Positions 49,215 through 57,757 of a stretch of DNA of 64,000 bases are shown here, piece by piece; within the stretch, counting starts at the first letter, position 1; every line of letters begins with the position of its first letter. A program made the position numbers and the translations under genes. The notes under the pieces are model-generated. The model was not told the DNA's origin, did not search any database, and saw nothing but the letters and a program-made list of their open reading frames with translations. The stretch is from an uncultured Acidobacteriota bacterium (GTDB lineage: Bacteria > Acidobacteriota > UBA890), in contig CAYVUW010000009.1 of assembly GCA_964455175.1 (NCBI GenBank), positions 4,065-68,064 on the forward strand, given 5' to 3'.

Positions 49215-49979
49215 ATGAGCGAGCGTACGCCGTTCATTGTCGGTAACTGGAAGATGTACAAGACAGTCGCAGAGGCTCGCGAAGCACTTACCGTGTTGCG
49301 AGACATAGTCGGGAATATTGACGGAGTTGACTGCGGTGTAGCTCCCCCGTTTCCGGCGCTTGAGGCTTGTGCTGCGACTATCACCGGGAGCTCCATCGCG
49401 CTCGCGGGCCAAAATCTCTACCCAGGGGATGAAGGAGCTTTCACGGGCGAGGTATCGGCTCCGATGCTAAAGGCTGCTGGGGCAACCCACGTTATCATTG
49501 GGCATTCAGAGCGTCGCCACCTTTTCGGTGAAGACGACACCCTGATTGCCTGTAAAGTAAAATCAGCGGTGGACCAAAATCTTATCCCGATCCTTTGTGT
49601 CGGGGAGACGCAGGAACAGCGAGCAGCAGACCAAACTGCAGCAGTCGTGACCGCTCAGCTCGGCGGTGGACTGGCCAAGGTTAATAGTGCTGAGCTGCTA
49701 GATTTGGTAGTTGCCTATGAGCCGGTCTGGGCAATCGGTACTGGGTTGACCGCGACACCGGCTCAGGCACAGGAGGTGCACGGTCTTATCCGCGATTTTC
49801 TCGGCGATTCCGTAGGGGCAACAAGCGCCCAGAGAACCCGGATTCAGTATGGTGGAAGTGTCAAGCCGAACAATGCTGCAGAGCTTCTCGCCGAGCGCGA
49901 TATCGATGGAGCTCTGGTTGGTGGTGCCAGTCTTGACCCGAGTTCTTTCGCAGCGATTGTCGAGGCAGCAGCAGGTTAA
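49215..49979 (+). CDS. tpiA: Triosephosphate isomerase
   Basis: FIVGNWKMY, IIGHSERR, VAYEPVWAIGTG. The ATG at 49215 is preceded by GGGAGG. Confidence 0.95.
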   Translation: MSERTPFIVGNWKMYKTVAEAREALTVLRDIVGNIDGVDCGVAPPFPALEACAATITGSSIALAGQNLYPGDEGAFTGEVSAPMLKAAGATHVIIGHSERRHLFGEDDTLIACKVKSAVDQNLIPILCVGETQEQRAADQTAAVVTAQLGGGLAKVNSAELLDLVVAYEPVWAIGTGLTATPAQAQEVHGLIRDFLGDSVGATSAQRTRIQYGGSVKPNNAAELLAERDIDGALVGGASLDPSSFAAIVEAAAG

Positions 49980-50152
49980 CAGGGTAGTCAACAACCTTCA
50001 GGGCCATTCAATGGTCGCGTTGTTGGAGGTTCATTGCTCTGGTAAATTGTTACCGTTCGAGGGTCATTCGGCCTCTCGTTTTTCCGGAGTTTGCTTCCAA
50101 GGCTAGTATCGTATCCAAGTGCTGTAGGCGGCTCCGATAAGAGGTTTTCGAA

Positions 50153-50482
50153 ATGGTTGAAACCATACTCATTGTCCTTCATGTTGTTGTTTGCTTTTTC
50201 CTGGTCTTTGTCGTGTTGTTGCAGTCGGGCCAAGCCGCTGACCTCGCCGGAGCGTTTGGGGGAGGTGGCAGCCAGACGGCGCTCGGCATGCGGGGGGCGG
50301 CAACGATCCTGCAGCGACTGACCACTGTGGCAGCGATTCTTTTTATGGTTACTTCGCTGACTTTAGGGATTGTGGGTCGGACGGAGACGTCGGTAATTGA
50401 TGATCTCGAAACTCCGGCTAGTGTTCCTGTGGAAGGTTCCGAACAGGCCTCGGCTAGTGATGATGATGTTTCCCGGGAGTAG
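50153..50482 (+). CDS. secG: Preprotein translocase subunit SecG
   Basis: Two TM helices with LLQSGQAADLAGAFGGGGSQ, following tpiA as in many bacteria. Confidence 0.85.
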   Translation: MVETILIVLHVVVCFFLVFVVLLQSGQAADLAGAFGGGGSQTALGMRGAATILQRLTTVAAILFMVTSLTLGIVGRTETSVIDDLETPASVPVEGSEQASASDDDVSRE

Positions 50483-50553
50483 CAGGATTCTGGGCGAGAA
50501 TCGGACTGAGCCATAGGGCAGGCCAGTAGGGGTTGCGCCCGAAAGTATTGGAT

Positions 50554-50637
50554 GCCGAGGTGGCGGAATTTGGCAGACGCGCATGGTTAAGGACCATGTG
50601 GGCTTTGCCCGTGGGGGTTCGAGTCCCCCCCTCGGCA
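50554..50637 (+). tRNA. tRNA-Leu with anticodon AAG (A34)
   Basis: Type-II cloverleaf: acceptor GCCGAGG/CCTCGGC, anticodon stem CATGG/CCATG, loop TTAAGGA (AAG at 50589-50591, G37), variable arm GGGC-TTT-GCCC, T arm GGGGG-TTCGAGT-CCCCC, discriminator A. No CCA is encoded. Confidence 0.85.
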
Positions 50638-50672
50638 TCATCTTATCTTCGCGAGTTCATACGGAGTAAGCT

Positions 50673-51695
50673 TTGCAGATTAAGGGAAACAGAGGATCAC
50701 GACACGTCATTCTGGCAAAACCGCGCGGTTTCTGCGCGGGGGTTGTACGCGCTGTCGACATCGTCGATTTGGCACTCGAAATGTATGGTCCACCTGTCTA
50801 TGTTCGGCACGAAATCGTCCATAACAAGTACGTTGTCCGTGACTTCGAAACGCGTGGCGTTGTGTTTGTCGACCGTATTGCCGAGGTGCCGGACAACAGC
50901 ATCGTTATCTTTTCAGCACATGGCATTCCTCCCGAGGTTCGTCGCGAAGCCGAAGAGCGTGGCCTGCGGAGTGTTGATGCCACCTGTCCGTTGGTTACGA
51001 AAGTGCACAATGAAGCTTTGCACTACGTGGAACAGGGCTACCATATCTTGTTGGTCGGTCACGCTGGTCATGTCGAGGTCGAGGGCACCATGGGCCATGT
51101 TCCAGATGACGTGACCCTGGTTCAGACCGAGGAAGAGGCAGAGACTGTCGAGGTTCCGAGCGACGAAAAGGTCGCCTACCTAACCCAAACGACATTATCA
51201 GTGGACGATGTTGCTGGTGTGCTTGGGGTCCTGGAACGCCGTTTCCCGGACATTGTCGGTCCAGCCAAGAATGACATCTGCTACGCAACGCAGAACCGGC
51301 AGGATGCGGTCAAACGCATGACCTCTGATGTCGATGCGATCTTTGTTGTCGGTGCGCCGAACTCGTCGAACTCCAACCGGTTGGTAGAAGTCGCACGTGC
51401 TGCAGGGGTTGCGGCTTATTTGGTGCAAACCAGTGAAGATATTGAGCCTGAGTGGCTTGACCACGTTGAAACCGTCGGTATTACCGCCGGCGCATCAGCG
51501 CCCGAGAGCTTGGTAATGGATATCGTTGAGGTGCTTCGGGGACCTACAGGCGACGTTCTCGAGATCACGGGCCCAGACGAAAATGTTCACTTCCCACTGC
51601 CACCAGAGCTCGTCGATGACTACAGGGAACGCGGCTTGAACTTCGAGAGTTCGATTATAGGTTTCCGTGAGCGTTGGGACATTCCGGGAAGCTGA
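50673..51695 (+). CDS. ispH: 4-hydroxy-3-methylbut-2-enyl diphosphate reductase
   Basis: ILAKPRGFCAGVVRAV, DATCPLVTKVH and NDICYATQNRQ (the three cluster cysteines), plus VVGAPNSSNSNRL. Confidence 0.9.
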   Translation: MQIKGNRGSRHVILAKPRGFCAGVVRAVDIVDLALEMYGPPVYVRHEIVHNKYVVRDFETRGVVFVDRIAEVPDNSIVIFSAHGIPPEVRREAEERGLRSVDATCPLVTKVHNEALHYVEQGYHILLVGHAGHVEVEGTMGHVPDDVTLVQTEEEAETVEVPSDEKVAYLTQTTLSVDDVAGVLGVLERRFPDIVGPAKNDICYATQNRQDAVKRMTSDVDAIFVVGAPNSSNSNRLVEVARAAGVAAYLVQTSEDIEPEWLDHVETVGITAGASAPESLVMDIVEVLRGPTGDVLEITGPDENVHFPLPPELVDDYRERGLNFESSIIGFRERWDIPGS

Positions 51696-51737
51696 AGAAC
51701 CCCATCCTGGGGCTGCAGCTTGCAGGAGATTTGACGA

Positions 51738-52637
51738 TTACATCATTCGCTTAATGATTGTCTCCGACTGCTCGTTGCTGATTGCAATCTCCCGGTGAGC
51801 GATCGGACCGCCTTCCTCAAGCACGGGCTCCTGAGCGTCTAGTGTAGGGCGCTGAACATGCAGGAACTTACCGATATAGATCTCATCACCCCACATCAAT
51901 GCCTTTTCGCAGGCTGACTTCCAGTCCTCGGGGTTGTGTCCCTCGTCCTCAAGCTTCCGCACACGGGGACGAAAGAAGGCGTAGTCGTTATCGTGGTTAA
52001 AAGTCACACAGGGGCTGAAGATATCGATTAAAGAGAAGCCGTGGTGTTGTATAGCTTCTTTCATCAGCATCTGTAGGTGCTTTTGATCACCAGAATAGCC
52101 ACGCGCGACAAAAGTAGCCCCGTTCATGATCGCCTGGGTTATGGGGTTTAGAGGCTTTTCAACATTGCCGAACGGCGTCGACTTAGTCTTCATGCCGATT
52201 TCACTGGTGGGCGAAATCTGGCCTGTCGTCAGGCCGTAGATCTGGTTGTTCATGACTAGGTAGGTTAGGTCGACGTTGCGGCGCGAGATGTGGGTGAAGT
52301 GATTACCACCGATACCATAGCCATCGCCGTCGCCACCGGTAACGAGAACAGTCATCTCGTGGTTTGCCATCTTGACGCCCGTAGCCACCGCTAGCGAGCG
52401 ACCGTGCAACGTGTGCATACCGTACGCGTTGAAATAGCCCGGGAAGTTTGAAGAACAGCCAATGCCGCTGATGGTAACGACTTCGTGCGGCCTCAGTCCG
52501 AGACTGGAAACGACAACCTGAAGCGACTTCAAGACACTGAAGTCACCGCAACCTGGACACCAATCTGGATCGACCTTGCCCTTGAAGTCTTTCGAAGTGG
52601 TCTCAATGATTGATTCTGCAATCTTAGTTTCACTCAT
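51738..52637 (-). CDS. 2-oxoacid:ferredoxin oxidoreductase, beta (TPP-binding) subunit
   Basis: DWCPGCGDFSVL and the TPP motif GGDGDGYGIGGNH. Confidence 0.85.
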   Translation of the reverse strand: MSETKIAESIIETTSKDFKGKVDPDWCPGCGDFSVLKSLQVVVSSLGLRPHEVVTISGIGCSSNFPGYFNAYGMHTLHGRSLAVATGVKMANHEMTVLVTGGDGDGYGIGGNHFTHISRRNVDLTYLVMNNQIYGLTTGQISPTSEIGMKTKSTPFGNVEKPLNPITQAIMNGATFVARGYSGDQKHLQMLMKEAIQHHGFSLIDIFSPCVTFNHDNDYAFFRPRVRKLEDEGHNPEDWKSACEKALMWGDEIYIGKFLHVQRPTLDAQEPVLEEGGPIAHREIAISNEQSETIIKRMM

Positions 52638-52682
52638 CTTTACCTCGTTTGTTCATAAAGTCTCGGGACTGTCGATCTCTGC

Positions 52683-54503
52683 TCAGACCATGATCTCGTG
52701 GCGTGGCACGTAGATCTCTGTCTCGTTAGCAAGCTGTTCCTGCACGCCGGCCACGATGTGGTGGGGCATGAAGGGCTCGCCGTCGTACTTGCGGATATGA
52801 CCGTTGGCCTTGAAACCAGTTTCGCTGCGCAGATAACGAGCGAACTGGCCACTTTGGTTATTTTCAACGATGATGACGCGCTTGGACCTGCCAAGGATCT
52901 CTTCGATCTCATCTCCGTACAACGGCACGATCCATTTCACCGGCAAGTGGTTTGCGATGATTCCAGCATTGGAAAGCTGTTTGCAGGCCTCATGAATGAC
53001 TCCCCATGTTGAACCCCAACCGAGTAGCGTGACGTCAGCATCGGCCGGACCTTCAAGTTCCGGGGGCGCGATGCGGTCGACGACACTCTCAAATTTACGG
53101 GCCCGCTTTTCAACCATCATTTGGCGCTTGTGTGGGTTAGTAAATTCGTCGGAGATCAACACTCCGTCCTCGTCGTGTTCGTCGGTTGAGACGACATGGA
53201 CATAACCTTCAAGACCTAGGATGGCGCGCGGCGAGACACCATTTTCAGTGTCTTTGTAACGCTTGTACCCACCACCTTCACGCGTGGCCGGGTCCGCAAG
53301 GCCGTCGTCGTTAGAGACACGAGGCTCGGTGATCAGCTCACCACGATTGATTTCGGGTTGCATATTGATCTCCTTCGCCGGCACGCTAAACGTGCCTTCA
53401 GAGATCAGTAAATCGGAAAGGACGATGCCGGGACATTGTGCAGCATCACACAGGTTGAACACTTCCGGGATTGTATTGAAGGCGTCCAGCGCGTTCTTGG
53501 GCGCAACGATGAAGCGTTGGAAGTCACCCTGACTGGCGCCGAGCATTTGCCATAAGTCGCCTTGTTCTGTTTTCGTCGGTACGCCGGTCGATGGACCGGC
53601 GCGCATGACGTTGATATAGACAACTGGTATTTCCATCATCGCGGCTGATCCGATAGCCTCGGTCATAAGGGCGAAGCCGCCGCCAGAGGTAGCGCACATG
53701 GCGCGCGCGCCAGCATGGGCCGCACCGATCACTATGTTGGCAACGCCGATTTCGTCTTCGATCTGGCGCACCATGATATCGAGGTCGCGCGCATTATTGG
53801 CCATCCAATGGAGCACGCCCGTTGCAGGGCTCATCGGATAAGCAGCGTAGAATTTCACGCCGGCCGCTGCACCACCCATTGCTAGGGCGTCATTGCCGCT
53901 CCATACAGCTAAGGGTTCGTCGCCGCTAGGGACGGGATCCGGAAAGATTTCGAAATTTGCGTGGGTATAGTCGAATGCAGCCTTAGCAGTGCCTGTATTG
54001 AGGTCAATAACGTCCTGTACCTTGCGCTTGAACACTTCCGTCAGTGCCTCGCCCAAGACCTCGAAGTCAATACCCATCAGTGCCGTTGTCACACCGATGA
54101 ACGCCGTGTTCTGCATAAGTTTGTTCGGGTTGTTGTCGGTAAGCTCACCAACCGGAATGGGCACCAGCGTTACACCTTCCGGAGGCTCGCCGGGCTCGAG
54201 TTTGTCACTGTTGTAGATGGCTCGTCCCCCTGGGCCAAGTATCTGCAAATGGCGGTCGAGGGTGTCCTGATTTAGACACATCAACAGGTCAATCTTGTCA
54301 CCGTGGCATGGTAGCTCTACATCGGCGACGCGGATGGTCAATAGAATGTGACCGCCGCGAATGATGGACTGATAGGCGTTGTAGGCATGGATGTGGAGCC
54401 CCCGCCGCACGAACATTCGTGCCAGGATATTCCCAGGTGTTGCGACACCTTGACCGGCCGCGCCACCGATGGCGAGTGCGAAGTCGAACTTGGCATCCTT
54501 CAT
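52683..54503 (-). CDS. 2-oxoacid:ferredoxin oxidoreductase, alpha subunit (fused gamma-alpha type)
   Basis: An N-terminal gamma-like domain (IGGAAGQGVATPGNILA) fused to an alpha domain (AYPMSPAT, GFALMTE). It lies directly upstream of the beta subunit. Confidence 0.85.
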   Translation of the reverse strand: MKDAKFDFALAIGGAAGQGVATPGNILARMFVRRGLHIHAYNAYQSIIRGGHILLTIRVADVELPCHGDKIDLLMCLNQDTLDRHLQILGPGGRAIYNSDKLEPGEPPEGVTLVPIPVGELTDNNPNKLMQNTAFIGVTTALMGIDFEVLGEALTEVFKRKVQDVIDLNTGTAKAAFDYTHANFEIFPDPVPSGDEPLAVWSGNDALAMGGAAAGVKFYAAYPMSPATGVLHWMANNARDLDIMVRQIEDEIGVANIVIGAAHAGARAMCATSGGGFALMTEAIGSAAMMEIPVVYINVMRAGPSTGVPTKTEQGDLWQMLGASQGDFQRFIVAPKNALDAFNTIPEVFNLCDAAQCPGIVLSDLLISEGTFSVPAKEINMQPEINRGELITEPRVSNDDGLADPATREGGGYKRYKDTENGVSPRAILGLEGYVHVVSTDEHDEDGVLISDEFTNPHKRQMMVEKRARKFESVVDRIAPPELEGPADADVTLLGWGSTWGVIHEACKQLSNAGIIANHLPVKWIVPLYGDEIEEILGRSKRVIIVENNQSGQFARYLRSETGFKANGHIRKYDGEPFMPHHIVAGVQEQLANETEIYVPRHEIMV

Positions 54504-54638
54504 GGACAGAGTCTCCCTCAGATCTAAAAAATTCGAAGTCGTAGGTCAGGCCTAGCTGCGTAACAGGCGACCATTTCTCAGGGCCCCAAGCTTACCGCGA
54601 GATGACCGGTTTGAGCCAGCTATTGCCTGTGAGTCTTG

Positions 54639-55070
54639 CTAGTACAGATGAGTACCGATCCAAGGTCTCCACACAGTGGCCGGCAATAATTGGATGATCG
54701 CGTGGGCGGTAGCTTTCGCGCAGGCTCGGTCAAAGGCACGATGGTCCGTACTTCCGTGTTTCTTCTCGCACCAGGCACCGATAGTCTTGCGATGTTCATT
54801 CGGGTCGCGCACCTCAACGAGGACTTCAATAGAACCGCTCTGCTCAAACGACCCGCCACGTAAGGGCATAACCATGAGGTTCTGCTGACGCTGGGCTTCG
54901 CGGACAATCGTGGCCGAAAACAGATCAACTTCCTGCAGGCGTCTGTATATCTCGTCTTCGGCCCACAAGTCTATGAGTTCAGGCAGCGTTAGCTGCTCGA
55001 GAACATCGTATTTGACCGTTTGGCTATTTACACTCATGTTAAAAACGCTTCGGGCGACGAAAATGCTCAC
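54639..55070 (-). CDS. Hypothetical protein (no recognisable family)
   Basis: An open frame with protein-like composition. The start is possibly ATG 55037 (MSVNSQTVKYDV..). No motif was recognised. A competing 102-aa ORF occupies another frame of the same strand. Confidence 0.35.
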   Translation of the reverse strand: MSIFVARSVFNMSVNSQTVKYDVLEQLTLPELIDLWAEDEIYRRLQEVDLFSATIVREAQRQQNLMVMPLRGGSFEQSGSIEVLVEVRDPNEHRKTIGAWCEKKHGSTDHRAFDRACAKATAHAIIQLLPATVWRPWIGTHLY

Positions 55071-55253
55071 CGCTATGTCCGGATCGCCATGTTAGTTACG
55101 GGCCCATAACGGGTCAAGCAACTTAACTCCTAGGATCATGTATAGAAGGGCAGGGGTGGCGAAACTATTCAGCATCGTCTGGCGAAGTAGACACAATACC
55201 TGCATATTTCCCCAGCATCTGCCTGCAGGAAGCATCTGGAAGTATTTTCCTTC

Positions 55254-56021
55254 GTGATAGAATCACAAATCGCCATGACCGAAATCGGCCTGATGGCAGC
55301 GTTTGCTGCCGGTATCATCTCTTTCCTTTCGCCCTGCGTGCTCCCGCTTGTGCCGGGATACATGTCGTTTATCTCGGGGGTCTCTCTCGACGAGCTGAGA
55401 GCCGACGACCGGGACAGCGCGGTGACGCGTAAAATCCTGGTAAACACGTTCGCTTTCGTTATTGGCTTTTCGATTGTGTTTATCCTGCTCGGAGCCAGTG
55501 CTAGCTTCATCGGGCAGGTCTTACTAGCCAATCAGCGAGTGTTGCGTTACCTAGCGGGCGGGATCGTGATCCTCTTCGGACTTCACTTGACAGGGATTCT
55601 AAAAATCAAGTGGTTCTACCAGGACAAGCGCTATCATGGAGAAAACGTTGCCCGTGGCCCTGTGGGAGCCATGTTCCTTGGTCTCGCCTTCGCCGCCGGT
55701 TGGTCACCTTGCATCGGACCCATACTTGCAGGCATATTGGCCTTCGCTGCCACACAGGACACCATGTGGGCGGGCATCGGACTATTGGCGGTATATTCGG
55801 CCGGTCTGGGAATTCCTTTTGTGCTAACGGGATTACTGACTCAGAGAATGCTCGCGGCGATGGACAACGCGAAGAGAGTGTTGTGGGCGATTGAAATGGG
55901 TGGCGGCGTCCTATTGATCATCGTTGGCGCGCTGATCTTCACCGACAACTTCTTGATCTTTAACCGTTACCTAGCTTTCCTTGAACGCTTCACTTTTTAT
56001 CTTGAAAGCTTCACGCTTTAG
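55254..56021 (+). CDS. ccdA: Cytochrome c biogenesis/thiol-disulfide transporter CcdA (DsbD TM-domain family)
   Basis: FLSPCVLPLVPGYMSFISG and GWSPCIGPILAGIL (the two conserved Cys), with six TM helices. The likely start is ATG 55275. Confidence 0.85.
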   Translation: MIESQIAMTEIGLMAAFAAGIISFLSPCVLPLVPGYMSFISGVSLDELRADDRDSAVTRKILVNTFAFVIGFSIVFILLGASASFIGQVLLANQRVLRYLAGGIVILFGLHLTGILKIKWFYQDKRYHGENVARGPVGAMFLGLAFAAGWSPCIGPILAGILAFAATQDTMWAGIGLLAVYSAGLGIPFVLTGLLTQRMLAAMDNAKRVLWAIEMGGGVLLIIVGALIFTDNFLIFNRYLAFLERFTFYLESFTL

Positions 56022-56159
56022 TAGTCCGTTTTAATTTGTACGGGACGGCTTGCCAAAGAATTAAGGGATCAAATCAGCAGCAGGACCGGCTAGCTGGCTA
56101 TGGAGGCAGTAGAGAAGGTTAGAGGCATTGCCTGGCCGGGAATGGATAGTCGTTGTAGG

Positions 56160-56453
56160 TTACTGGACCGTCGGCGGGCCATCTCCCTCTGCTGGTTCAA
56201 CGCTCTGGTATTGGTCACCCTCAAAGCCAAAAAACTCCTTTGCCTTTTGCTCGATGATGTCATGACTGCGTGGATCACCGAGGTTTAATGCCAACTCGTT
56301 GATGATCTTTACTTGCTCGATGAGCCAATCGTCCCAGACTTCTTGGCAAATGCTTGTGCGCACTTGTTCCTTGAGTTCGCCGCGGAAGGGTATGTGGACG
56401 TCGATTGCTGGCTCGTCTTTTTGGTGTTTGATGCAAAAAACCTTGTTGGACAT
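56160..56453 (-). CDS. yggX: Fe(2+)-trafficking / oxidative-damage protection protein YggX
   Basis: MSNKVFCIKHQKDEPAID...FRGELKEQV...ICQEVWDDWLIEQVKIINE parallels E. coli YggX (MSRTIFCTFLQREAEG..PGELGKRIYN..SKEAWAQWQHKQTMLINE). Confidence 0.8.
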   Translation of the reverse strand: MSNKVFCIKHQKDEPAIDVHIPFRGELKEQVRTSICQEVWDDWLIEQVKIINELALNLGDPRSHDIIEQKAKEFFGFEGDQYQSVEPAEGDGPPTVQ

Positions 56454-56505
56454 ATTCCCTCCATGGATGACGCTCGATAAGCCGTACGACCTTGGTTAGC
56501 TCTGT

Positions 56506-57633
56506 TTAAAGTCCTCGGGTGATGCGGACACCAGCACTGGCGCCGATACGTGTCGCGCCTGCGGCGACCATCTGGACTGCAGTTTCTCGATTACTGATGC
56601 CGCCGGATGCCTTGATGCCTAATTTCGTCCCAACGACTCGGCGCATGAGTGCTACATCGTCTGTAGTAGCACCGCCAGGACCGAAACCAGTAGACGTCTT
56701 GACGAAATCAGCACCAGTGTCACGAGAAATTTCGCAGCCAATGATTTTCTCTTCGTCAGTCAGTAGTGCGGTTTCAAGGATCACCTTTACAATCGCACCG
56801 CTCTTGTGACTGTTTGTGGCCACTTGTTCGATGTCGTGTCGTACCCAGTCATAACGCTTTGACTTCAAAGCACCAATATTTATTACCATGTCGATCTCCT
56901 GGGCCCCGTCGCGCACGGCACGCGCAGTTTCAAAGGCTTTCGCCTCTGGCATACTGGCACCCAAAGGAAATCCGACCACAGTACACGGTAAGACTTGGCT
57001 GCCACGCAACATGTCAACAACCAACGGTACGTAGTAAGGGTTCACGCAGACGCTAGCGAAACCGTAGTCGACGGCCTCCCGGCAGATCCGGACTATGTCA
57101 GCCTCTGTAGCCTCCGGTTTAAGTAAGGTGTGATCAATGAGTGAGGCTATCGCGTCGCTGCTTGGCGGTGTTGACACCTCTAACCCAATGCGATCGGCTC
57201 CGGCGTTGGCGATGGTCACAACTCTGTCAGCGCACTTGGTGAGACAGTCTGTGCGACACCAGCACGCGATCTCGTCCTCTGTTTGGCCAGAGATATCGGC
57301 AGCAAGTTGCCGCGTGAGTGCTGCAATCAGAGCCTCTTCCTCTGGCGAGAGTGGACTTTCCCCCGCTGTCAGCGGGGTGTAGGTGATTTCGATGCCTCTC
57401 TCCCGAGCGCGATCCTGAGCGGCGGGAGTGATCAGAGCATCGGCTGGTGCCTGCAGGCGCACACCGGTTATTGCGTCAACGTCGTCAACGGTAATCGTTG
57501 GCCGGCCACGGGCCGAAATTGCAGGTAATAGACCACCGGAGATTTGCCCTTGAACCCGCAAGCGATAAACGGTCTGTTGCACGAGGTTCCGGAGATCTGC
57601 TCCCGTGATTGATCGATGCTTCTCGTCAGACAT
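56506..57633 (-). CDS. deoC: Deoxyribose-phosphate aldolase with ~160-aa N-terminal extension of unknown function
   Basis: The C-terminal ~215 aa are canonical DeoC (LIDHTLLKPEAT, VCVNP, VKVILET, FVKTSTGF, IKASGGI). The N-terminal part has no DeoC similarity and carries CWCRTDCLTKC. Confidence 0.85.
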   Translation of the reverse strand: MSDEKHRSITGADLRNLVQQTVYRLRVQGQISGGLLPAISARGRPTITVDDVDAITGVRLQAPADALITPAAQDRARERGIEITYTPLTAGESPLSPEEEALIAALTRQLAADISGQTEDEIACWCRTDCLTKCADRVVTIANAGADRIGLEVSTPPSSDAIASLIDHTLLKPEATEADIVRICREAVDYGFASVCVNPYYVPLVVDMLRGSQVLPCTVVGFPLGASMPEAKAFETARAVRDGAQEIDMVINIGALKSKRYDWVRHDIEQVATNSHKSGAIVKVILETALLTDEEKIIGCEISRDTGADFVKTSTGFGPGGATTDDVALMRRVVGTKLGIKASGGISNRETAVQMVAAGATRIGASAGVRITRGL

Positions 57634-57757
57634 GAGGGGGATAGTAGATCAAGAACAAACTTGCTGCGCCTAGCTACGTGATGAGCTGTCCACATTACCA
57701 ATTATCGATTAAGCCCACCCAAATATTGAGGGAGGTCCATCCCCAAGGGTACTGTGG

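Noticed and set aside
48627-49412. 261-aa minus-strand ORF overlapping pgk and tpiA
   Set aside because: It is antisense to two highly conserved glycolytic genes. It is Ala/Ser/Pro-rich with no recognisable domain, a typical shadow ORF.
57154-57633. DeoC N-terminal extension as a microcompartment encapsulation peptide (sugar-phosphate-utilising BMC)
   Set aside because: No BMC shell (BMC-H/T/P) genes occur anywhere in the window. The amphipathic helix is internal, not terminal. The idea is speculative and is not supported here.
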